Source of the DNA: Candidatus Micrarchaeota archaeon
Lineage (GTDB): Archaea > Micrarchaeota > Micrarchaeia > Norongarragalinales > Norongarragalinaceae
DNA: 64,000 nucleotides
NCBI GenBank assembly: GCA_016207165.1
Contig: JACQQD010000001.1
Coordinates: forward strand, 32,001-96,000
Direction: 5' to 3'
The position numbers and the translations under genes are program-made. The notes beneath the pieces were generated by a model. That model made no database searches. It had not been told where the DNA came from and saw only the letters and a program-made list of their open reading frames with translations. Below are positions 44,004 through 52,819 of the stretch, in pieces; position 1 is the stretch's first letter, and every line of letters begins with the position of its first letter.

Positions 44004-45131
44004 GTGGAAGTTTTTCAAGCCAAGGAAAAAATGCTGGCCAATTTGGGTTGGAGCGAGAACCCGTTTGTCAAGGATTTGCGGTTTTCCGAGAGGGATTACT
44101 TTCTGAAATTTTATTACCCGTTGGAGGCTCAGGAGATCCTCAAGCGCTTGGCTTTTGACGCCAAGGCCTGCCTGTTCTTGGGGCCCAAGGGTGTTGGAAA
44201 GACTTCGGCCATGTATTTTGTGGCGTACGGCTTGCCCAAAGACCAGTTTGACACCGTGATTTTCAAGGAGCCGCCGCAAAGCTTGGAAGAGTTGGCGGAG
44301 CAAAGCGGTTTTGGCCGGCAAGGCTTCTTGGACAAATTGCTCAAAAAGCCGTTTTCCCGGCAGAACCTCGTGGACGCGCTCAAGCGCCACGGCAAGAAAA
44401 TCGTTTTTTTCCTGGATGAGGCGCATTTGGAGAAAAACCATTCGATGTACATGGAGTTCAAGTATCTTTTGGACGACGTGCCGAACTTGCGGCTGGTCTT
44501 GTCCGCGTTAAGCAAGGAGGGTTTTCCCGACTCGCTTCTGCATTTGGTCGGCGAGCCCAACACGTTCTTGCGCCGGAGTTTCACCGGAGGGGAAATGACG
44601 CGGCTGATTTCGCACCGCATTGCGGCGGTCGGCGGGTCGCCGCTCAAGCCGTTTCCGCAGGCGTATTTGGACTCCATGTTGACGGAACAAAACCTGCTGT
44701 CGCCTCGGTACGTGTTTGACGAGCTCAACGCGTTTCTGGCGGGCTTGGCCACCGGGGAGTCCACGTGGAAGGGCGCGGCGGAGTACGCCGGCAACCCGAT
44801 TGTCGAGGCGGCGGTGGCCGCTTCGGTGGGAACCACGCGGTCGCATGCGGAGTGGTGGCCGCAGTTGTCGCCTTCTCAGAGTGCCATCATGGATTATTTG
44901 TTGCAACAGCGCGAGGCGACCCTTCAAGACATCATGAAGGCCACTTCGTTGTCGCAGAACACGTCGTTTAACGCCTTGTACCAGTTGCGGGGCGATGACG
45001 CGGCGGAAAAAAAGCGCAAGCCCAAGGTGCCTTTTCCTTTGGTCAAGGCCAAAAGCGTGAGGGTGGGCGCGCGCAAGAAGAACGTGTACGTGGTGGTGGA
45101 CAAGGTACGAAACCTGTTCACCACGCATTGA
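44004..45131 (+). CDS. AAA+ ATPase with C-terminal wHTH (ExeA/Cdc6-like architecture)
   Basis: LGWSENPF, GPKGVGKT, FFLDEAH, SPR, C-terminal LSPSQ..IMDYL...TLQDI HTH. Confidence 0.8.
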   Translation: MEVFQAKEKMLANLGWSENPFVKDLRFSERDYFLKFYYPLEAQEILKRLAFDAKACLFLGPKGVGKTSAMYFVAYGLPKDQFDTVIFKEPPQSLEELAEQSGFGRQGFLDKLLKKPFSRQNLVDALKRHGKKIVFFLDEAHLEKNHSMYMEFKYLLDDVPNLRLVLSALSKEGFPDSLLHLVGEPNTFLRRSFTGGEMTRLISHRIAAVGGSPLKPFPQAYLDSMLTEQNLLSPRYVFDELNAFLAGLATGESTWKGAAEYAGNPIVEAAVAASVGTTRSHAEWWPQLSPSQSAIMDYLLQQREATLQDIMKATSLSQNTSFNALYQLRGDDAAEKKRKPKVPFPLVKAKSVRVGARKKNVYVVVDKVRNLFTTH

Positions 45132-45147
45132 AGTGGGGGGAGAGACT

Positions 45148-45282
45148 ATGAAGACGTTGAAGCAGGTGGTTGACGAATTGGCGGAAAGCCGGTCGTCGTA
45201 CAAGTTTTCGGTCCAAAACGGGAAAGTCAAGATTGCCGTGGACGGCTTGATGCACTCGTTGCGCAAGCCGTTCTTGGGTTAG
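45148..45282 (+). CDS. 44-aa micro-protein MKTLKQVVDELAESRSSYKFSVQNGKVKIAVDGLMHSLRKPFLG
   Basis: Hand translation; purine-rich RBS; sits between the ATPase and histone genes. Confidence 0.55.
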   Translation: MKTLKQVVDELAESRSSYKFSVQNGKVKIAVDGLMHSLRKPFLG

Positions 45283-45319
45283 TTCCGGTCATCGGTTCTG
45301 AAGGGGAGAGCAGAACGTT

Positions 45320-45541
45320 ATGGCCATTCGACCCACCAGTCTGTCGTTGTTTGACTCCGATGCCTTGCTTCGCCAAGGCGGCGCCGAGCGCGTCGGCGAG
45401 GACGCGTCCCGCAAATTGGCGGAGATTTTGGAGGACAGCGCTCAGCGCATTGTGGTCGATGCCCAGCGCTTGGCGCGCCACGCGGGGAGGAAACGCATTT
45501 TGCGGGAGGATATCCTGTTGGCGGCCCAAATGATCCGCTAG
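45320..45541 (+). CDS. Archaeal histone (HMf-like)
   Basis: GAERVGEDA...LAEILE...A..LARHAGRKRI..EDI.LA. Confidence 0.9.
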   Translation: MAIRPTSLSLFDSDALLRQGGAERVGEDASRKLAEILEDSAQRIVVDAQRLARHAGRKRILREDILLAAQMIR

Positions 45542-45568
45542 CTTTTTTGGGGGTGGAGTCTGACGCGT

Positions 45569-46975
45569 TTAGCGGAGTTGCAGTTGGACTTCCACGACTT
45601 GCTTGATTTTTTTCAGGAACGTTTTGACGTTTTCAGGCGTGGCGTCCAACGAGGCGCCGGCGGCCACGGCGTGTCCTCCACCAAATCCTTGGACGTCTTC
45701 CGCCGCTTTTTTCATGGCTTCGCCTAAATCCAGGCCTTGGGTGCACAAGTCTTTGGACCCGCGTCCGGAGGCCTTCAAGGCGCCTTGCTCGTCGACGCTC
45801 AAGCCGATGACGGGCTTGGTGCGTTGGACCAGTCCCGAGGAAAAATACGCTCCGCAGACGACGCCGATGATGGTGTCCGAAATTGTTCCGCGTCCGTCGA
45901 TCAGATAGAATGCGCCGGCGTCCACCGCGTTTTTCTTGGCGAATTCAATGCCTTGTCGGACGGCCAGGCGGTGTTTTTTGAGCAGGTCTTGTGCTTGTTG
46001 CAGGGCTCCGTCTTGGCCCAGGCACGCGCCAATGCCGATTTGGGGCGCGTCGTGGCGCCCGCAGGCGTTCAACAAGGTGGAGAATTCGTAGGCTTCTTTT
46101 CGTTCGGAGCCCTCCGGTTCAAAGGGAAACACGTAGACGTCCCCCACCATTTGCCGGATGAGTTTTTCCTCCACGCCTTGCGCGTACGCGTACTGGATGA
46201 GGGCGGAGGCGAGTTTTTTCCGTTCAAACACGTTGAGTCCGTAGTAGGAAAGCGTTTTTCCGTCGCGGTACGTGGGAACGCCTTCGTTTTTCAGGAATAC
46301 GGCGCAGGCCTTGTCGTCGCCGGTCAAGCCCGGAAGCACGGGTTCGGTGCAGTACGTCAGAAACGACACCAGGGAGCGCGTGACTTTGCCGAACAATTTG
46401 AGGTCGTTGGTGTGCAGGACTTGTCCTTGGTTTACGGCTTCTTGGAACATGCGTTGGTTGAGTCCCTGGAAACCGTTTTGGTCCTGCATGTCGCCGACGG
46501 CTCCGACGATGCCCAGTTGCGCGGAGAGGCCCGTATGACGGAAGCAGTACCAGGCCGTGGAGGCCGAGCAGGCGTCCACGGCTCCGTCAAATTCGAAGTC
46601 ATGGCAGTTGATTCGTTCAATGTCTGAGTCTTTGGAGGGCGGGTGGTGGTCGATGACCACTTTTTTTGGGTTGGACATGCCTTCCACGAGTTCCAGTTGT
46701 CCGGCGCCCAAATCGGTGAAGACCAGTTCCTTGTCCGGCGGGATGGACTTGGCGGAGGCGTCGTCGAGTTTCTTGAGCATCAAGGTCGGCGCGTTTTTGC
46801 CTTTCAACTGAAAGGCTTTTTTGGCCAACGCCGCGGAAGTCAGTCCGTCGCAGTCCAGGTGGTGGACGATGAGCGGGTCCTGAAAGGCCAATGCCCATTC
46901 CCCGATTTGGCGGGCCTTTTTCTCGAAGCCGTCCGCGTCCGGGGAACGGGGCGCCGTTGGCAGCGTGGTTTGCAT
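45569..46975 (-). CDS. RecJ-like DHH exonuclease (GAN/Cdc45 family)
   Basis: HHLDCDG, TDLGAG, IDHH, GAVGDMQ, LLNACGR, GGGH.VAAGA. Confidence 0.9.
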   Translation of the reverse strand: MQTTLPTAPRSPDADGFEKKARQIGEWALAFQDPLIVHHLDCDGLTSAALAKKAFQLKGKNAPTLMLKKLDDASAKSIPPDKELVFTDLGAGQLELVEGMSNPKKVVIDHHPPSKDSDIERINCHDFEFDGAVDACSASTAWYCFRHTGLSAQLGIVGAVGDMQDQNGFQGLNQRMFQEAVNQGQVLHTNDLKLFGKVTRSLVSFLTYCTEPVLPGLTGDDKACAVFLKNEGVPTYRDGKTLSYYGLNVFERKKLASALIQYAYAQGVEEKLIRQMVGDVYVFPFEPEGSERKEAYEFSTLLNACGRHDAPQIGIGACLGQDGALQQAQDLLKKHRLAVRQGIEFAKKNAVDAGAFYLIDGRGTISDTIIGVVCGAYFSSGLVQRTKPVIGLSVDEQGALKASGRGSKDLCTQGLDLGEAMKKAAEDVQGFGGGHAVAAGASLDATPENVKTFLKKIKQVVEVQLQLR

Positions 46976-47027
46976 GGAGTTTGAACTGGATGAAACCGCT
47001 TAAATGGCTTGGCGTTAAATTCTCGTC

Positions 47028-47285
47028 ATGTCCCGCATTTCCCGCGAGCGCTTCCACAAGATTGCCGAGCAGGTGTTGGGCGTCTTGTACGACTCTTTTC
47101 CCATACCGCTTTCCACGCGAAAAGTCGCCGAGGAAATCGCGCGGGACAACGAGTTCACGTTGAAGGTCCTGCTTTTCTTGGAGCAACAAAAACTGGTGTC
47201 GAAAGTGGACCAGGGCAAGACGGGTTTGCTTGAAAGAACGGTGCGGTGGAAGATTTCTGCGTCGGCCAGAACCAAAATGGGTTGA
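47028..47285 (+). CDS. Small wHTH protein
   Basis: LSTRKVAEEIARDNEF..KVL..LE. Confidence 0.65.
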   Translation: MSRISRERFHKIAEQVLGVLYDSFPIPLSTRKVAEEIARDNEFTLKVLLFLEQQKLVSKVDQGKTGLLERTVRWKISASARTKMG

Positions 47286-47344
47286 CTTCCGAGTGCGACA
47301 ACGCTTAAATACGTGCATGCACACGTTATTTCAGGTGTTTGCAC

Positions 47345-47587
47345 ATGGTTAATGTGACGCTGAGCATTCCGCCAAAGCTCAAGGCGAAGATGTCAAAGAT
47401 GAATTACGTCAACTGGAGTGCGGTTATCCGTTCCATCATCGAGAAAAAGATAGAGGACTTTGAGGTGGCTGAGAAACTATTGTCCAAGAGCCGGTTTTCG
47501 GAGGCGGACCTCAAGAAGTTCATGGTGGGCGTGGACGAGGACTTCCGCCAGGAAGGGCGGAGGCTGTTGGATGAGGCTCACGGTTGA
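47345..47587 (+). CDS. RHH antitoxin (VapB-like)
   Basis: MVNVTLSIP...VNWSAVIR; overlaps the PIN gene. Confidence 0.8.
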   Translation: MVNVTLSIPPKLKAKMSKMNYVNWSAVIRSIIEKKIEDFEVAEKLLSKSRFSEADLKKFMVGVDEDFRQEGRRLLDEAHG

Positions 47588-47984
47588 CGCGAACGTGTTT
47601 TTCGCGGCATTGATTCGGTCTGGCCTTTCTCGGCGCATCCTGTTCCACCCGGACTTGGACCTGTCGTCGCCTTACTTCCTCTTGGACGAGGTTCGCAAGT
47701 ACCGTTCCGTTCTGCTTGCCAAATCGCGTTTGCCGGAAGCCGAGTTTGATGACGCAATGGCCCTGTTTTTGTCCCAGATTGAATTGGTTCCCAAGAACGC
47801 GGTTTTGCCGTACGTGCCGGCGGCATCCCAGTTGGTGGTGGATCCCAAGGACTGGCCGTATTTGGCGTGCGCGTTGGCCAAGGATTCTGAGATCCTTTCG
47901 AACGACCCCCATTTGCACGCCCAAAAGAGGGTAACGGTTTATTCCGTTAATCAGTTGGCCAAGACCCTGAGCCTGATTCGGTAG
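47571..47984 (+). CDS. vapC: PIN-domain toxin (VapC-like)
   Basis: VDANVFFAALI, DPKDWPYLACA, SND. Confidence 0.88.
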   Translation: MRLTVDANVFFAALIRSGLSRRILFHPDLDLSSPYFLLDEVRKYRSVLLAKSRLPEAEFDDAMALFLSQIELVPKNAVLPYVPAASQLVVDPKDWPYLACALAKDSEILSNDPHLHAQKRVTVYSVNQLAKTLSLIR

Positions 47985-48000
47985 CTTGGGGCTTGGCGGC

Positions 48001-49308
48001 TTAAATCTTGATTTGTTCGCCGACGCTTGGAACGTGGATGGAGGCGTTCTTGTGCACGCGCTGGGCGGCTTGGGCGAGTTCTTCGGCTTTTTCTTTTTCG
48101 CCGTGGACGATGAAGACGTCCTTGACGCCCTGGGTTTGGCGGATGAATTGCAAAAGTTCCTGGTGGTCTGAATGCCCGGAGAACTTGGTTTCCGTGATTT
48201 CCATGTGGATGGGCACGACGTGGTCGTCCAGCGTCAACTCGCGGGCGCCGTCGACGAGTTCCCGGCCGCGGGTCCCCTTGGCTTGGTAGCCGACGATCAA
48301 CAGCGTGTTTTCGGGGTGGGGAGCCAAATGCTTTAAGTAGTGCAGGACGGGCCCGCCGTTGAGCATGCCGGAGGTCGCCAGGATGATGGCTTTTTCTTCG
48401 CTCAAGACGTCGCTTCGGTCCTTGGTTTGGGGGATTTTGTAGTGCTCGCTTTTGAAGGGGTCGTCGTCTGAAGTCAGGATGCGGTGCTGGACTTCCCTCT
48501 TCAAATACAAGGCGTTGTGGCGGTAGATGCGCAGGACCTTGTTGACCATGCCATCCAAGTAGATGGGCACGGTTTCCAAAAGCCCTGAACGCATGTAGTT
48601 TTCCAGGGTGAACAAGAGTTCTTGTCCGCGGCCGATGGCAAACGTGGGAATCAATACTTTGCCGTTTCGGTCCAACGTTTTTTGGATGGTTTTCATCAGT
48701 TGCGCCGTGCTGGCCTTCAGCGAGAGGTGCTTGTCGGTTTTGGCGCCGTACGTGCTTTCGATGATGAGGGCGTCGGCGGGGATGCCGGTTTGCGCGCCGT
48801 CCAACAGCCTGGTTTCGCGGAGGTTGATGTCTCCGGTGTACAACAGCGTCTTTTTTCCGGGCAGTTCCAGGCGCGTCATGGCGGCGCCCAGGATGTGTCC
48901 GGCGGGGTAAAGCGTCATGCCGTTGGAGACTTCGTTAAACTCGGTAATCCGCGTGTTTTTCAAGAGTTCCAGGACGTCTTTTTGTTCGTAGGGTGACGCG
49001 CCTTGGTTGATGCGGAGGTAATCCGCTAATAACACTTGGATGAGGTCGCGGGTGGGCTTGGTCATCACGGCTTTGGCGCGGGTTTTCTGGCGGTAGAGGT
49101 AGGGCAAAAAACCGCAGTGGTCCAAGTGGGCGTGGGATAAGACGATGGTGTCCAGGCGCTGGATGTCCCGGGCATCTAAGACGGGGTATTCTTCTTCGTC
49201 TTCGGCTAGTTTCACGCCGCAGTCCAATAGGACTGGTTTTTTTTGTTCCAGCAAGAACGAGGAGCGGCCGACTTCGCCGGCGGCCCCCAGGAAGTGGATG
49301 GTCGTCAT
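48001..49308 (-). CDS. MBL-fold beta-CASP ribonuclease (CPSF-like, no KH domains)
   Basis: EVGRS, SHAHLDH, AGHILG, YTGD, ESTYG, FSGHSD, VHGE. Confidence 0.92.
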   Translation of the reverse strand: MTTIHFLGAAGEVGRSSFLLEQKKPVLLDCGVKLAEDEEEYPVLDARDIQRLDTIVLSHAHLDHCGFLPYLYRQKTRAKAVMTKPTRDLIQVLLADYLRINQGASPYEQKDVLELLKNTRITEFNEVSNGMTLYPAGHILGAAMTRLELPGKKTLLYTGDINLRETRLLDGAQTGIPADALIIESTYGAKTDKHLSLKASTAQLMKTIQKTLDRNGKVLIPTFAIGRGQELLFTLENYMRSGLLETVPIYLDGMVNKVLRIYRHNALYLKREVQHRILTSDDDPFKSEHYKIPQTKDRSDVLSEEKAIILATSGMLNGGPVLHYLKHLAPHPENTLLIVGYQAKGTRGRELVDGARELTLDDHVVPIHMEITETKFSGHSDHQELLQFIRQTQGVKDVFIVHGEKEKAEELAQAAQRVHKNASIHVPSVGEQIKI

Positions 49309-49425
49309 TTTTTCACCGGGACGCCGAACTGCGAGCCAAATCGCGTTTCGGCGCTGTTGAATGGCTTTGGGCGTGGGGAGCTTTTAAACTCCCTGTTTAA
49401 GTGTTTTGGCGGCCAATGTTTTTTC

Positions 49426-49953
49426 ATGTTGGAGGCGGAGTTGGAGGCGCGGTACCTGCAAAAAATCGTGGAACGCTACAAGGACTACGTCAATCTCAAC
49501 GAACAGAAAAGCATTCCTGACCTCAAGGCGCTGGCGTCTCCCAAGCAGGCTGACGCCGTGCGCCTCGCGGAAAAACTGGGAACCGTGGAGGCGGCCTTTG
49601 ATTTTGTTTCCGCGTTGGACACCGTGCACATGGGTTTGCCGGTGTCGTTTTGGCTGGATTTAAGCGACGTGGTTCAATTGGGGGCGGGCGATGCGTTGGA
49701 CAAGGCGCGGCTGCTTTGCGGCGTGTTGGGGGCGCTGGGGAAAACGTCTTGGATTCGGGTGGTGCGCTTGAGTCAAGGAGGCCAGCACGCCTTGGTGTGG
49801 CTGGACGAGAAACCCGTGCGGGTTTTTGACGCCGTTCACGGGAAAACGTGGACCGGGGACTCCGTTGAAGACGCGTTGGAGCGCTATCCCGTTCCGCACG
49901 CCATCGGAAAGAGCTTGTACGAATTCAACGCGGACGCGTACCGAGAGCTCTAG
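49426..49953 (+). CDS. Transglutaminase-like fold protein, catalytic Cys apparently replaced
   Basis: GAGDALDKARLL (GDC to GDA), HALVW, FD. Confidence 0.55.
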   Translation: MLEAELEARYLQKIVERYKDYVNLNEQKSIPDLKALASPKQADAVRLAEKLGTVEAAFDFVSALDTVHMGLPVSFWLDLSDVVQLGAGDALDKARLLCGVLGALGKTSWIRVVRLSQGGQHALVWLDEKPVRVFDAVHGKTWTGDSVEDALERYPVPHAIGKSLYEFNADAYREL

Positions 49954-50201
49954 ATTTTGGAGAGTTTTTGCAGGAACTTTTTGTGCGCCAGCTTGGTGCG
50001 GGCAATGTGTTGTTTGAGGGATTCTTTTCCGGCTAAAATGCGTTCGTGGATGTTGATTTGCTCCTGGATGTGGTCGTTCCAAAGATCCAGAAAGACGTGG
50101 AAGCGTTTTTCGGCGTGCTTGTCTTTTTTGGGCAGGGGTTTGGGTTTATGGCCGGATGCCTTTTTTTTCGCCGCCTTCTTACGGGTTTTTTTCGTTGCCA
50201 T
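49950..50201 (-). CDS. Small Lys-rich protein
   Basis: MATKKTRKKAAKKK... followed by helical domain. Confidence 0.6.
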   Translation of the reverse strand: MATKKTRKKAAKKKASGHKPKPLPKKDKHAEKRFHVFLDLWNDHIQEQINIHERILAGKESLKQHIARTKLAHKKFLQKLSKI

Positions 50202-50311
50202 GGCATCGCTTACGGAATCTGGGTTTTTAACCTTTCCCCCGATAGGGTTTTAAATCGGGAAGGGTACGTCTTTGTTTCCTGTTTCTGCGTTTTTTTGGGT
50301 GACGAGTTTTC

Positions 50312-50506
50312 ATGGCTAGGAAAGTCAAGTTCGAGGAATTGACCAAGTACGAGAAAGCCCGCATCATGGGGGCGCGCGCCTTGCAGTTGTCCATGGACGC
50401 GCCGCCGCTCATGGACGTGCCGGTGGGCATCATCGACGCCGTGCGCTTGGCGCGCGCGGAGTTCGAAAAGAAGCTGATTCCCCTCCAAGTGCTCCGCGAC
50501 GAGTAG
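50312..50506 (+). CDS. rpoK: RNA polymerase subunit Rpo6/K
   Basis: LTKYEKARIMGARALQLSMDAP. Confidence 0.97.
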   Translation: MARKVKFEELTKYEKARIMGARALQLSMDAPPLMDVPVGIIDAVRLARAEFEKKLIPLQVLRDE

Positions 50507-50551
50507 TTGCCGCAATCAATCAAAACCCCTATAAGCCGCTTTTCCCTCTAG

Positions 50552-51094
50552 ATGCGTACGGGGGTGGCGGGCTTGGTCGCGTCGCAGAAAGTGGCCAAAT
50601 ACTTCTCTGATCGCCTATCCAATGCTCCCTCGCTGTCCAACGTGTTCTCGCTGGTCAAAGACGTGGTCCACCGGGTGCATGGCCGGCGGCGGTCCGGCTT
50701 GATGCTGGGCTTGGGGGAGTTGGGATACGCGGACCAGGGTTTTGTCGGCGCGTATTATCCCGTGGACTCCAACTTGATTGTCGTCAACCAGTCGGTGCTT
50801 GACGTCATCCGGGAAAAGCATCCTCGGCTGTACAACGCGTATTTGTTTCACGTGCTTTTGCATGAGTACGTGCATTCCTTGGGGGTGCACGACGAGGCGC
50901 AGTGCCGAAAGACGGTGGCCGAGATTTGCGCGCAGGGCTTCGGCAAGAAGCATGCCGTGACGCGGTTGGCCGTTGACCCCTCGTTTTTGGCGCCGATTTT
51001 GTACGCCGAGCCCACCACGGCGGAATTCAACATGCAGGCGCCAGTGAATTTGGTCAAGGGTTTTGACGAGGACGCGGCGCGGTACTACTCGTGA
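50552..51094 (+). CDS. HExxH zincin-like protein
   Basis: VLLHEYVHSLGVHDE. Confidence 0.75.
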   Translation: MRTGVAGLVASQKVAKYFSDRLSNAPSLSNVFSLVKDVVHRVHGRRRSGLMLGLGELGYADQGFVGAYYPVDSNLIVVNQSVLDVIREKHPRLYNAYLFHVLLHEYVHSLGVHDEAQCRKTVAEICAQGFGKKHAVTRLAVDPSFLAPILYAEPTTAEFNMQAPVNLVKGFDEDAARYYS

Positions 51095-51844
51095 CTATTC
51101 TTTTTGGCTGAACAGCCACGCGGCAAGCCAAAGCATGAGTGCGTTGAACGCCGTTTGAATGGCCAACGCCAGTCCGGGGTCCATGCTGCTTTGGCCCAAC
51201 GCGATGAAGCGCATGAGTTCCACGCCGTACGTCATGGGGTTAAGCGAAGTGGCGGTTTGCAGCCATGGGGGCAACTGGTCCAACGGGTAAAGCGCTCCGG
51301 ACAAAAAGAACATCGGCATCATGATGAAGTTGACGATGAGTTGGAATCCTTGGAAGTCGGTGAGCTTGGCGGCAATGGCCAGTCCCATGGCCGTGAATCC
51401 GAATGCAATCCAGGTCATGGCTAACACCATCAAAACGATTTGGACGGGGTCCAGTTGCACGCCGACCAACAGCGTCAGTACCAAAAGAATGGCGGCTTGA
51501 AACATGGCGGTGGTGGCTCCGCCCAGCGTTCGGCCGATGACCATGCTCGCGCGCGAGACGGGTGCGACCAGGATTTCCTTGAGGAAGCCGAATTGCCGGT
51601 CGTAGACGACGTTGATGCCGGAGAACATGCCTCCAAACAGGAGCACCATGCCGATGACGCCGGGGGCCAAAAACTGGAAGTACGAGAGGCCGCCGCCCAC
51701 GTTCAGGAGCCGGTCAAATCCGGAGCCCAACACCAGCAAAAACAAGAGGGGCGTGCCCAAGCCGCCGATGATGCGGGACTTGTTGCGGACAAAGCGAAGG
51801 ATTTCGCGTTGCCACAAGGTGAGGATGGCTTCGGTTTGGATCAT
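51095..51844 (-). CDS. ABC-2 type exporter permease
   Basis: FLAPG, DRQFGFLKEILVAPVSR, FFLSGALYP, NPMTY. Confidence 0.92.
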   Translation of the reverse strand: MIQTEAILTLWQREILRFVRNKSRIIGGLGTPLLFLLVLGSGFDRLLNVGGGLSYFQFLAPGVIGMVLLFGGMFSGINVVYDRQFGFLKEILVAPVSRASMVIGRTLGGATTAMFQAAILLVLTLLVGVQLDPVQIVLMVLAMTWIAFGFTAMGLAIAAKLTDFQGFQLIVNFIMMPMFFLSGALYPLDQLPPWLQTATSLNPMTYGVELMRFIALGQSSMDPGLALAIQTAFNALMLWLAAWLFSQKE

Positions 51845-52818
51845 TTGCGTCGCCCCGTCATGGCTCGATTGTAGGCTTTGAACCGGTCGCTGGTGCCGGC
51901 TTTTTCGTCGCGGATGCTGTGCCCAGTCAACTCGACGAAGATGTCTTCCAACGTGGGTTTTTTCACGTCGATTTCCGTCAACGCGAGTTTTCTTTTTTCG
52001 GCAATGGACAGCACGCGTTTAAGCGAGCGTTGGGGTTGGCTGGTTTCAATCAAGATCTTTCCGTTCTGGCGCACGGGGTTCATGGCTGAGAGGGCCTGGT
52101 ACAATTCGTCGATTTTTCCGCTGGCCACGTGCAGGGTGGCGTCGCGTTCCTTCAACTTTTTAGGCGTGTCCAGGGCCACGATTTTTCCCTGGTCCATGAT
52201 GGCGATGCGGTCGCAAAGAAAATCGGCTTCCTCCATGTAGTGGGTGGTGAGAATCACGGTGACGCCTTCGTCGCGGTTGAGTTTGCGGATGTACGTCCAG
52301 ATGTGCCGGCGCGTTTGGGGATCCAAGCCCAGGGTCGGCTCGTCCAAAAAAAGGACGTTGGGGTGGTGCATCAAGCCTCGAGCGATTTCCAGGCGGCGGA
52401 TCATGCCGCCCGAATACGTTTTCAACACGTCGTCTTGGCGGGGTTGCAGGCCCACGAGCTTCAATACTTCTTCAATGCGTTTCTTTCGCAGCTCCCAGGG
52501 CATGCCGTACAGGCGGCCGTGCATGTCGAGGTTTTCCCACGCCGTGAGTTCGTCGTCGATGGACTCGTCTTGAAAGACGATGCCGATGCTTTGGCGAACC
52601 AAGTCGGGTTGGGTTTGCACGTCAAATCCGTTGACTTTCGCCGTGCCGCCGGAAGGCGACAACAGCGTGACGAGCATGGAAATGGTCGTGGTTTTCCCGG
52701 CTCCGTTGGGGCCCAATAGCCCAAAGACTTCGCCTTTTTTCACGTGGATGTCCAGTGGATGGACCGCGGTCAACGCGCCAAAGGCCTTGGTCAATTGATG
52801 GGTTTCAATGGCGTGCAC
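51841..52818 (-). CDS. ABC exporter ATPase (DrrA-like)
   Basis: GPNGAGKTT, YSGGM, LDEPT, TTHY, PTLEDIF. Confidence 0.95.
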   Translation of the reverse strand: MHAIETHQLTKAFGALTAVHPLDIHVKKGEVFGLLGPNGAGKTTTISMLVTLLSPSGGTAKVNGFDVQTQPDLVRQSIGIVFQDESIDDELTAWENLDMHGRLYGMPWELRKKRIEEVLKLVGLQPRQDDVLKTYSGGMIRRLEIARGLMHHPNVLFLDEPTLGLDPQTRRHIWTYIRKLNRDEGVTVILTTHYMEEADFLCDRIAIMDQGKIVALDTPKKLKERDATLHVASGKIDELYQALSAMNPVRQNGKILIETSQPQRSLKRVLSIAEKRKLALTEIDVKKPTLEDIFVELTGHSIRDEKAGTSDRFKAYNRAMTGRRK

Positions 52819-52819
52819 G

